DNA of 64,000 nucleotides, taken from positions 64,001 through 128,000 of the forward strand of contig CAVVEU010000013.1 in assembly GCA_963747235.1 (NCBI GenBank), given 5' to 3'. Below are positions 54,631 to 64,000 of this stretch, in pieces. The position numbers and the translations under genes were made by a program. The notes beneath the pieces were generated by a model. It had not been told where the DNA came from. It did no database searches and saw only the letters and a list, made by a program, of their open reading frames with translations. The stretch's first letter is position 1; each line of letters begins with the position of its first letter. This DNA comes from an uncultured Candidatus Rokubacteria bacterium (GTDB lineage Bacteria > Methylomirabilota > Methylomirabilia > Rokubacteriales > CSP1-6).

Positions 54631-55560
54631 ATGACGGCGGCCGCCAGGGCATCACGACCCGCTCGCTTCCGCGTGCCCGGACGCCTGGGGGCAGGGATGG
54701 TGATCACCGCCGGCCTTCTGCTCGTCCTGGCCGCCACCGCGGGACCATTGCCCGCCCCCGCGGGTGATCCCGGCGCCAAGGTGATGATCCGGCTGCCGGA
54801 CGTCGTACGGGCCCTGGTGCTCGGCCTGCTCGCCCTGTCCGCCGTGATCCTGATCTCGCTGCAGCGGCGCCGCCCGACCGACGACACGCCGGAGCCCTCG
54901 CGGCCGCCTCGGCGCCTGCCTCCGTGGGCGGCCGCGCTCGTCTCGCTCCTCCCGCTCCTGCTGGTGGTGATGGCCTGGTATCTCGTGTCGCGCTACTGGT
55001 CCGGCGGCGGCGGCCAGCCGATCGAGCAGGCCTTCGCCGCCATCGCGGGCCTGCTCGATCTCTTCACGCTGGCCGACAAGCCGCCGACCTCGATTCCGTC
55101 GCTCGACATGGCGATCGCGGTGCTCCTCGTGCTGCTCACGCTCGGGATCTTCGCGCTGATGGTCCTGGTCGCGCTGGCCGACCGGCTGGAGGCGTGGTGG
55201 GCCGAGCGCGGGAGCACCGTCCGCGCGCCCGCCATGCCCGAGGCACTCGCCGCCATCCAGGCCGATCTGCGGACCGACCCCGACGCGCGGCGCGCCATCA
55301 TCCGCGCGTACGGCCGCTTCGAGCGCGCCCTCGCGGGCGCCCGCGCCCCGCGGGCGGTGTGGCAGACGCCGGCCGAGTTCATGCGGGCCACGCTCGCCCG
55401 CCTCCCGGTGGCGGCCGCGCCGGTCCGTCGCCTCACCGCGCTCTTCGAGATCGCGCGGTTCAGCGCGCATCCCCTGGGGGTGGAGGCGCGCGACACGGCG
55501 TGTGATTGCCTGGACCAGATCGGCGCCGCGCTGGAGGAGGACGCGACCCGTGCGCGCTGA
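54631..55560 (+). CDS. DUF4129 domain membrane protein
   Basis: TM helices, then DARRAIIRAYGRFE..QTPAEF..LTALFEIARFS. Confidence 0.8.
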   Translation: MTAAARASRPARFRVPGRLGAGMVITAGLLLVLAATAGPLPAPAGDPGAKVMIRLPDVVRALVLGLLALSAVILISLQRRRPTDDTPEPSRPPRRLPPWAAALVSLLPLLLVVMAWYLVSRYWSGGGGQPIEQAFAAIAGLLDLFTLADKPPTSIPSLDMAIAVLLVLLTLGIFALMVLVALADRLEAWWAERGSTVRAPAMPEALAAIQADLRTDPDARRAIIRAYGRFERALAGARAPRAVWQTPAEFMRATLARLPVAAAPVRRLTALFEIARFSAHPLGVEARDTACDCLDQIGAALEEDATRAR

Positions 55561-56005
55561 CCGGCTCCTCGCGCCGATCGTCATCCGCTGCGCTCTCCTG
55601 GGAGGCGTCGTGCTCCTCGCGGCGGTGCCGGTGTACGTCTTCGTCGAGGCGCCGTGGCGGACGCTCGTGGCGCGGCTGGCGGTGGCGTTCGTGCTCGGCG
55701 TCGCGCTCCTGCAGCTCCGCGGCGCGGTCGCGGCGCGGCTCGCGCGCGCGGGGGGCTCGCCGCTCGAGCAGGAGCTCGGGCGGCCCGGGACTCCGCCCGC
55801 GCGTCCCGCTCCGCTTCGAGGAGCTGATCGACGACGTGCGCGCGACGCGCCGCAGCCGGGGCCACTTCGAGCGGATCATGTGGCCGCGGCTGGTCGCGCT
55901 CGCGGCGCGCCCGCTCGTCCGCCCGCCCGCCCGGCTCGGCCGCGGACCCAGCCTGGGCGACCTCCGGCGCGTGATCGCGGAGATCGAGCGCGGGGAGGGC
56001 GGGCG

Positions 56006-56009
<4 letters not shown>
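55550..56009 (+). CDS. Membrane protein of the MoxR operon (frameshifted)
   Basis: Two TM helices; C-terminal GRGPSLGDLRRVIAEIE in the other frame. Confidence 0.65.
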
Positions 56010-56958
<949 letters not shown>

Positions 56959-56962
<4 letters not shown>

Positions 56963-58236
56963 TCTGGCGGCCCACCGCGCTGAACGTCTCCTTCCTGACC
57001 GTGGTCGGCTGGGCGCTCTTCCTGGCCGTGTTCACGGGCCGCGTCGAGCTCGCGGTGGTCGCGATCCCCGCCGTCGTCGCCCTCGTGGCCGGCCGGCGGG
57101 TCGGGGCGCCGCCCGCCTGCCGGATCCGTCGCGAGCTGTCGAGCCGTCGCCTGCTCGAGGACGAGCGCGTGACCGTCACCGTCACGCTCCACGCGGACGG
57201 GCCGCTGCCCCTGGTGGAGCTGCTCGAGCCGCTGCCGCCCCGGGTCGGCCTCGAGCGCGGGAGCGACCACGCCTTCTTCACGCTGCGGGCCGGTCAGGAG
57301 ATCGCCTGGACCTTCGAGCTGCGCGGCGTGGGCCGCCAGCACCTGCGCCTGGAGGGGCCGCACGTGCGCGCATGGGGACCGCTCGGGCTCGCCGCCGCGG
57401 AGGCCCAGCATCGCGCGGCCGCGACGGTGGCGGTCTACCCGCGGCATGCCCCGATCCGGTACCTGCCGCACCCGCGGCGCACGCAGACGTTCGTGGGCAA
57501 CTACGTGTCCCCCACGCAGGGCGAAGGCATCGAGCCCGGCGACATCCGGCCCTTCGCGCCCGGCGATCAGGTCCGGCACGTGAACTGGCGCGCCACGCTG
57601 AAGCTCGGCCAGCTCCACGTCACGCGGCACCATCAGGAGCGCAACGCGGACGTGGTCCTCCTGCTCGACACCTTGTCGGACGTGGGCCCGGACGGCTTGA
57701 CGGTCGTGGACGCCGCGGTCCGGGGCGCGGCCGCGCTCGCCGCGGCCTATCTCGCGCGAAAGGATCGCGTCGGCCTGATCGAGTACGGCGGCCAGCCCCG
57801 CTGGGTGAGGCCGGGCGCGGGCCGCGCCCATCTCGAGCGCCTGCTCGATGCGCTGCTGAGCGCGTCGGTCGTCTTCACCTACGTCCATCGCGACCTCGAT
57901 CTGGTGCCGCCGCGCATCCTGCCACCGCAGGCCCTGGTGGTGGCGCTGAGCCCGTTGCTCGACCGGCGCTTCGTGCGGGCCGCGACCGATCTCGCCGCGC
58001 GGGGCTTCGACCTCCTCGTCATCGCGGTCTCGCCGGTGCCGGCGGCCCGGGCCGCGACGCGCCGCTCCGCGGTCGCCGACGTGGCGGCGCGGCTGTGGAC
58101 GCTGGAGCGCCGCGCCGAGCTCGACGAGTACCGGCGCCGCGGGCTCCGCATCGTGGAGTGGGACGGCGCGGGGCCCCTCGACGCGGTGCTGGCCGCCTGG
58201 AGCCGCCGGTCGCGGCGGCGCGTGCTGGCCGGATGA
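56959..58236 (+). CDS. DUF58 (vWA-like) protein
   Basis: IRPFAPGDQVRHVNWRAT; VVLLLD; DRVGLI. Confidence 0.9.
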
Positions 58237-58751
58237 TGCGCCTGGCCGCGGTCGTGCTCCTCGCGGTCCTGGTCGCGCTCCCGCTCGGGGTGCGGCCGTC
58301 CACGCCGCCCGTCACCTGGCTCGCGACGGCCGCGCTCGTGGTGGGCGGCATCGGGGTGATCGCGTGGTCCGTGCCGCTCGTGACCGCGGCCGGCTCGCTG
58401 GTGGTGATCGCCTACGCGCTCGCGCTCGTGGTCGCCGCGCCCGCCGCCGAGTCCCTCACCGCGATCGCGCTGGGCGCGACGCTCGTGCTCCTGCTCGCGC
58501 TCGTCCACTTCGGGGGTCGCGTCCGCGGGGCCATGCTCGGCCCCTCGGTGATCGCGGTGCAGGCGCGCCAGTGGCTGGCGGTGGTGGGGCTCGGAGTCGC
58601 CGCGGCGGTCGGGCTCACCGCGGTGGCGGCGCCGCTCGGCGTCGCGCTCCGGGGCGCCACGCTCCCGGTGGTGGCGGTCGCGGCGGCGCTGGGCGCCGTC
58701 CTGACCGTGGCGGGCGTCATCGTCCTGATGGCGCGAGAAGGAGACCCCTGA
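58233..58751 (+). CDS. Hydrophobic membrane protein
   Basis: About 6 TM segments; ATGA coupling to the DUF58 gene. Confidence 0.75.
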   Translation: MMRLAAVVLLAVLVALPLGVRPSTPPVTWLATAALVVGGIGVIAWSVPLVTAAGSLVVIAYALALVVAAPAAESLTAIALGATLVLLLALVHFGGRVRGAMLGPSVIAVQARQWLAVVGLGVAAAVGLTAVAAPLGVALRGATLPVVAVAAALGAVLTVAGVIVLMAREGDP

Positions 58752-58765
58752 TCATGGAGGCGGGC

Positions 58766-59503
58766 ATGCAGACGGCGACGCGAAGGCGGTTCATCGAGAT
58801 GGTCGTTGGCGGGGCCTGGGGCTGGGTCGGGCTGACCGCTGGCGCCGGTGTCCGGACCGCGGCCGGCGCGACCGAGAAGCGATTCGAGGGCTGCTTCCTG
58901 CGCGCGGTGCCGCCGGGAGAGTTCCTGGAGGGCATCACGCTCCTGCCCTCCTCGAACGACAAGGAGGCCGATCAGGTCTGCCGGACGGCCGAGAGCGACC
59001 TTCGGCGCGTGTTCGGCGTCTCGCCCGAGCTGGGGTTCTTCGACGATGGCTCGGAGCCGAACGCGTTCGCCACGCCGCTGCGTCGGCGAGGGGCCGTCGG
59101 CACCGACGGTACCGTGCTGCTCGGGCTCCGGCTCGTCGCCACGACGGCGCGCCGCAACGAGCTCAACCGGCGCTGGAAGCAGCGGCTCACCGCGATCGTG
59201 GCCCACGAGTGGGCGCACATCGTCCAGTACTCCAGGCAGTATCGCGCCGCGTCCTACAAGGCGGCCGAGCTCCACGCCGACTATCTCGCGGGCTGGTTCC
59301 TGGGCCGGACGACGCCAGCGACGGGAGGGCAGGCGGCGAAGGACGAGGCCATGTACCGATTCTTCTTCCTGGGCGATACCGAGTACACGAACCCCACCCA
59401 CCACGGCACGCCCATGGAACGGGTGAGCGCGATCACGAGCGGCTTCGAGCTCGCCGCGACGGTGGACAAGCTGGACGTCGCCTTCAACGCCCGGCGCTTC
59501 TAG
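58766..59503 (+). CDS. Tat-exported neutral zinc metallopeptidase
   Basis: TRRRFI signal; PNAFA; AHEWAHIVQ; ELHADYLAG; HGTP.ER. Confidence 0.85.
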   Translation: MQTATRRRFIEMVVGGAWGWVGLTAGAGVRTAAGATEKRFEGCFLRAVPPGEFLEGITLLPSSNDKEADQVCRTAESDLRRVFGVSPELGFFDDGSEPNAFATPLRRRGAVGTDGTVLLGLRLVATTARRNELNRRWKQRLTAIVAHEWAHIVQYSRQYRAASYKAAELHADYLAGWFLGRTTPATGGQAAKDEAMYRFFFLGDTEYTNPTHHGTPMERVSAITSGFELAATVDKLDVAFNARRF

Positions 59504-59504
59504 C

Positions 59505-60905
59505 TCACGCCGGCTCCGGCGGCCGCCGCGTCTTCCAGTCGGTGGCCTCCTCGTAGGCCTGGCCGATCCGGAGCGCCATCGCCTCGTCGCCCGCGTGCGC
59601 CACGATCTGCAGTGAGGTCGGCAGGCCGCCCGCGGTGAAGCCGTTCGGCACCGCGAGGCCGCAGAGGCCGAGGTAGTTCACCGGCCGCGTGAAGTGGGCC
59701 GCGGTGCCGGCCTGATCCGCCTGCTCGATCGGGATGGGCGGGGTCAGCGCGGTCGGGGTGAGGAGCGCGTCCACCTGAGCCAGCGCGGCCGCCACCTCGC
59801 GGCTCCGCTCCTCGCGCTCGGCCAGCGCGAGCAGGTAGTCGCGCGCGGAGACGCCGCGGCCGATCTGGATGCGCGGCCGCACGTGTGGATCCACCGGCTG
59901 CTTCTCGTCGTCCACCAGGTGCCCGACGAAGCGGTAGCCCTCGGCGCCGATGATGCGGCCGGTGGCCGCCGCGTAGTCGCTGAAGCGGTGGGGGAGCTTG
60001 ACGCGCTCGATGCGCGCGCCGAGCGTGGCGAGGGTCTCCACCGAGGCGTCGTAGGCCGCGAGCACTTCCTTGTCCACGCCCACGCGCTCGACGTCCGGCA
60101 TCACCGCGATCCGGAGGCCGGCGGCGCCGCGGCGCAGGGTCGGCATCGGATCGTCGGGGGCCCAGGCCAGCGTCTGCCGATCGCGGGGATCCGGCCCGTT
60201 GAGCAGCCGGTAGATCAGGGCGGCGTCCTCGACCGAGCGCGCCAGCGGGCCCGGGGTGTCGAGCGTGAACGAGAGCGGCAGCACGCCGAAGGTGCTGATG
60301 CGCCCCGCCGTCACCTTCAGGCCCACGATGCCGCACCATCCGGCGGGCAGGCGCACCGAGCCGCCGGTGTCGGTGCCGATCGCGACGGGCGCGAGCCCCG
60401 CGCTCACCGAGACGCCGGAGCCGCTGGAGGAGCCGCCCGGCGTGCGGTGCACCTTCGGATCCCACGGGTTCCGGGGCGTGCCCATGTGGGTGTTGGTGCC
60501 CCAGCTCCCCATCGCGAACTCGACGGTGTGGGTCTTGCCGAGGACGATCATGCCCGCCGCGATGGCCCGCTCCGCCAGCGTGGCGGTGACCGGCGAGACG
60601 CGCGCGGCCCAGACCTTCGAGCCGCCGGTGGTGACGCGGCCCTCGAGGTCCACGAGATCCTTGAGCGCGATCGGCACGCCGTGGAGCGGCCCGATGCGGT
60701 GGCCGGAGCGGATCGCCCGGTCGGCGCCCTCGGCGGCCATGCGCGCCTCGTCGGCGTAGACCGTGACGAAGGCGTGCAGGCGGTCGTCGTGGCGGCGGAT
60801 GCGGTCGAGCAGCGCGCCGACCGCGTCCACGGGAGTCAGCGTGCGCGCGCCGAAGGCCTGCGAGAGCTGGGCGACGCCGGCCCATACCGGATCGATGCTG
60901 GTCAT
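59505..60905 (-). CDS. Amidase signature family protein (in frame with the upstream amidohydrolase)
   Basis: GPLHGVPIALKD, PGGSSSGS, GTDTGGSVRLPA; own GGAGGA RBS before ATG 60905. Confidence 0.92.
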   Translation of the reverse strand: MTSIDPVWAGVAQLSQAFGARTLTPVDAVGALLDRIRRHDDRLHAFVTVYADEARMAAEGADRAIRSGHRIGPLHGVPIALKDLVDLEGRVTTGGSKVWAARVSPVTATLAERAIAAGMIVLGKTHTVEFAMGSWGTNTHMGTPRNPWDPKVHRTPGGSSSGSGVSVSAGLAPVAIGTDTGGSVRLPAGWCGIVGLKVTAGRISTFGVLPLSFTLDTPGPLARSVEDAALIYRLLNGPDPRDRQTLAWAPDDPMPTLRRGAAGLRIAVMPDVERVGVDKEVLAAYDASVETLATLGARIERVKLPHRFSDYAAATGRIIGAEGYRFVGHLVDDEKQPVDPHVRPRIQIGRGVSARDYLLALAEREERSREVAAALAQVDALLTPTALTPPIPIEQADQAGTAAHFTRPVNYLGLCGLAVPNGFTAGGLPTSLQIVAHAGDEAMALRIGQAYEEATDWKTRRPPEPA

Positions 60906-62147
60906 GCCGGAGAGTCCTCCGTACTGGTTGGCGTGCTGGGTTGGCCCGCGCTTGTCCGAGACGATCCGCCCGTCCTTGAAGACGAGCAGCAGCCGGCGCA
61001 GGTTGGTGATGTTCTCGAGCGGATCGGCGGCCACCACGATGAGGTCGGCGAGCTTCCCGGGCTCGATGGTGCCGAGCTCGTCGCCGACCCCGCACAGCTC
61101 CGCGGCGTGGCGGGTGGCGGCCAGCAGCGCCTGCCACGGCGTGGCCCCGGCGGCCACCCAGAGGCCCAGCTCGAGCAGGGCGGCGTCCTTGAGCGGGCGG
61201 ATGTCGGAGCCGAGGGCCATGCGCACGCCGGCGGCGAGGGCCTGGCGGAAGGCCTCGCGGTGCGGCTCGGCGGCCGCGTCCGCGCGATGGCAGAGATCGG
61301 AGGCGAGGTTGCGCTCCTCCACCCAGCGCTTCTCCCACGGATCGCGCGCCTGGTCCGGCGTCAGATGGGTGATGGCGAGCGTCGGCACGTACCAGGTGCG
61401 GTTCACGCGCAGGCTCTCGATGGCCGGCGCGTCCATGATGTAGCCGTGCTCCACGCTGTGGGCGCCCAGCCGCGCCGCGGCCTGGACGGTCTCCGGGCTG
61501 GCCGCGTGCGCCATCACGCGGAAGCCGCGCTGGCGGCAGATCGCGAAGGCGGCCTCGAGCTCGTCGTCGAGCAGGAACGCCTGCGAGTGGCGATCCCACG
61601 CGGGCCCCATGATGCCGCCGGTGAGATTCAGCTTGATGTGGTCGACGCCGTTCTTGATCTGCTCGCGGATGGCGCGGACGAAGCCGTAGGGCCCGTCGCA
61701 CTCCCGCGCGTGCCCGGAGGTGAGGAAGTGGCCGCCGGTCGTGGTGAGGAAGTACCCGGCCGCGAACACCCGCGGGCCCACGTATTGCCCGGCCTCGAAG
61801 GCCCGCTTCCAGGCCACGTCCATGAAGTGCGCCGCGCCCGCGCAGCGCACGCCGACCACGCCGCTCTCGGTCAGCGCCTGCATCAGCCGGTGGCCGAAGA
61901 TGGCGGTCTGCTCGGCGACGGAGGCGCCGGTGGCGGCGAGGTAGTCGGGGTGGATGTGGACGTCCCAGAGGCCGGGCAGGAGGTAGGCGCCCCCGAGGTC
62001 GATCACGTGGGCGTCGCGCGTGTCGGGGGAGCGGCCGGCGCCCAGGATCTCCACGATGCGCCCGCGCTCGATGGTGACGCTGGCCCCGGGAACGGGGCGG
62101 GGGCTGACGCAGTCGATCACCGTCGCGTTCGCGAGCACGGTTCGCAT
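60906..62147 (-). CDS. Metal-dependent amidohydrolase (Xaa-Pro dipeptidase-like); no stop before the amidase
   Basis: LLPGLWDVHIH, IKL, MAHA, SVEHG, LGSD, GTIEPGKLADL. Confidence 0.9.
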
Positions 62148-62237
62148 CGCGCCCGATCCTGCCAGAGCGTGGGGAGCAGGTCAAACCGGGCTCGGCGGGC
62201 ACTTGACGGCCGCGAGGAAACTGGCCATGGTGCGGGA

Positions 62238-63116
62238 ATGCCGAGGCCGGCCGGCGTGCCCGTGTCCCTCGTCAGCGTTCGCACGCGCGACGGTGTCGTC
62301 CTGGACGGCGCGGCCGCCCACCCGCCCGGGCGCCGGGGGACCGCGCTCATCTGGGTGCATGGCCTCGGCTCGACGTTCTCCTCGGGGCAGCCGCTGATCC
62401 GGGCGCTGTCGGCGCGCCTCAACGCCGCGGGCCTCGGCTACCTCAAGCTCAACACGCGCGGCCACGGCGTGGTCACGCGTGCCGGCACGCGGCTCGCGGG
62501 CGCGGCGTTCGAGGATTTCGGCGAGAGCGTCCACGACGTCCGGGCCGCGATCGGGCTCGCGATGGCGAGTGGCTACCGTCGCGTGATCCTGGCCGGGCAT
62601 TCCACGGGCGCCAACAAGGTGCTCCACTACATGGCGCGGACCCGCGATCGGCGCGTCGCCGGGCTGGTCCTCCTCGGGCCCGTCTCCGATATCGCGGGCG
62701 AGCGGAAGCGGATCGGCCGCCGCGCGCTCGCCCGGCGTGTCGTCGCCGCGGGGCGGATGGCGCGGCGGGATCCGGGGGCGCTCATCCCGCGCGCCTGGGG
62801 CTTCCGCAGCGCCGCGCGCTTCGTCAGCCTGTTCCGCCCGGGCGAGGCGGAGGACGTCTTCCAGTACTACCGGCCGGATGGCGACTGGCGGGCGCTCGGA
62901 CGGATCCGGGTGCCGACCGCGGTGATCGTCGGCGGCCGGGACGAGTATCTGGACCGGCGCGCGGCGGAGCTGGTGGCCGCGTTCGAGCGGCACGCCACCG
63001 GGACGCGGGCGTTCACCGGCATCATCGTGCCCCGGGCCGGGCACGGCTTCCGCGGCCACGAGGACGTCCTCGCGCGCGAGCTCGTGCGCTGGATCCGGCG
63101 GAACGGGTCGCGCTAG
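62238..63116 (+). CDS. Alpha/beta hydrolase
   Basis: VHGLG, nucleophile elbow GHSTG, GGRDE, AGHGF. Confidence 0.88.
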   Translation: MPRPAGVPVSLVSVRTRDGVVLDGAAAHPPGRRGTALIWVHGLGSTFSSGQPLIRALSARLNAAGLGYLKLNTRGHGVVTRAGTRLAGAAFEDFGESVHDVRAAIGLAMASGYRRVILAGHSTGANKVLHYMARTRDRRVAGLVLLGPVSDIAGERKRIGRRALARRVVAAGRMARRDPGALIPRAWGFRSAARFVSLFRPGEAEDVFQYYRPDGDWRALGRIRVPTAVIVGGRDEYLDRRAAELVAAFERHATGTRAFTGIIVPRAGHGFRGHEDVLARELVRWIRRNGSR

Positions 63117-64000
63117 CGCAGGATCACGCTGTTCAGGGACTCGATGCGCTTGCCGGCGAAGCCGCGGATGCTCTCGTTCCCGCCCCCGTTCTTCAACACG
63201 TCGGCGGCCAGCACGCTCGCGTCGAACACGACGCCGGTCTTCCGGGTGATCTCCTTGATCGGCATCTGGTAGATCACGTAGTCGGTCATGTTCATCCGCT
63301 CGTAGCCGAGGCGCTGCACCGGGTCGGTCTGGTCGAAGACGAAGCCGTAGGCGAGACGCTGCGCCTGCCCGTCGACCTTGCTCACGCACGCGACCACCTT
63401 CCAGAACTCCATGGGGACCTGGATCTCGGTCCCGTTGTCGTAGCCGTGGTGCGGATCCTCGAGGCTCAACACGGGGCCGGCGAACACCGACATCCGGCCG
63501 CCCTCCGCCTTCACCTCGTCCTGGATGTGTTCTTCGAACTGGCCCCAGATGCCCGACTTGCCGCTCTGATTGAACGCTTCGCTCTGGGGCGTGCAGTTGG
63601 TCCAGTGGTAGGTGTCGCTGTTGCCGTACTCGGCTTCGCGGCTGGTGCTGCCCCACGCGCCGTCCTCGCGTCGGACGATGTGCCCGCGGTCGATCTTCTT
63701 CGCGGGCGCGTAGAAGTCGGCGTCCTCGATCTGCAGGCCGGGGGCCGCCAGGGCGACCCGGGGATCGAGGCGCCAGTTTTCCCCGCCGTAGTCCTTTCGC
63801 GTCTTCGTGTACCGGCGCGCCGCGGGCCGGTAGTCGACATTGCTGGCCGCCCAGGCCACCAGGCGGCGGTCGCGATTCATGCTGAGCGAGTAGTGATAGT
63901 AGGGAATGACCCACGGAGCGCCCGCGGGGTCCCGGAGGAGATCGCCGTGGTGGTCCGCGTTGACGTGAGGGGCCGGCACGCTCCAGCCGGTGAGGAAGCT
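63113..64000 (-). CDS. DNA/RNA non-specific endonuclease domain (N-terminus beyond window)
   Basis: DRGH motif, TNCTPQ..FNQ, WGQFE, GPV, VPMEFWKV. Confidence 0.9.
   Translation of the reverse strand, partial: SFLTGWSVPAPHVNADHHGDLLRDPAGAPWVIPYYHYSLSMNRDRRLVAWAASNVDYRPAARRYTKTRKDYGGENWRLDPRVALAAPGLQIEDADFYAPAKKIDRGHIVRREDGAWGSTSREAEYGNSDTYHWTNCTPQSEAFNQSGKSGIWGQFEEHIQDEVKAEGGRMSVFAGPVLSLEDPHHGYDNGTEIQVPMEFWKVVACVSKVDGQAQRLAYGFVFDQTDPVQRLGYERMNMTDYVIYQMPIKEITRKTGVVFDASVLAADVLKNGGGNESIRGFAGKRIESLNSVILR

Overview
High-GC bacterial DNA. Gene content and style suggest Ca. Rokubacteria/Methylomirabilota, but this is a guess. Many genes carry single-base frameshifts that look like uncorrected long-read consensus errors, so boundaries of split genes are approximate. 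Layout: (1) 1-7.8 kb: ABC solute-binding gene, a secreted protein, a Crp/Fnr regulator and two GAF sensor kinases with a FixJ-type regulator. (2) 7.7-26.9 kb: an unusual lipid biosynthesis cluster. It has a dedicated FAS-II/type-II-PKS-like set (3 ketosynthases, one lacking the catalytic Cys; long ACP; double hot-dog dehydratase; FabG; FabL; AcpS) and an ABC-2 exporter. It also has sphingolipid-type tailoring genes: ceramide-synthase-like GNAT, extended SDR, Aur1/PAP2-like enzyme, papain-fold lipoprotein and a FAAL-ACP-aminotransferase(AOS) fusion. (3) 27.5-29.8 kb: two collagen-repeat OmpA lipoproteins, a BON protein and a 26-aa peptide. (4) An IS1202/ISNCY-like element and a peptide/nickel-family ABC operon. 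(5) 37.8-54.3 kb: a candidate undescribed stress/regulatory island. It holds an orphan, probably leaderless dnaA paralog with no visible oriC or dnaN, four paralogous small CxxC..CxxC proteins, two RHH-like proteins (one membrane-tethered), two related microproteins, a fatty-acid desaturase, a cyclic beta-1,2-glucan synthase and a cold-shock gene with a structured leader. (6) A MoxR/DUF58/DUF4129 operon, Tat metallopeptidase, amidohydrolase-amidase ORF, alpha/beta hydrolase and a partial non-specific endonuclease. No rRNA, tRNA or CRISPR array was seen. The strongest novelty candidates are the dnaA2/Zn-protein island and the FAS-II plus sphingolipid-like cluster.
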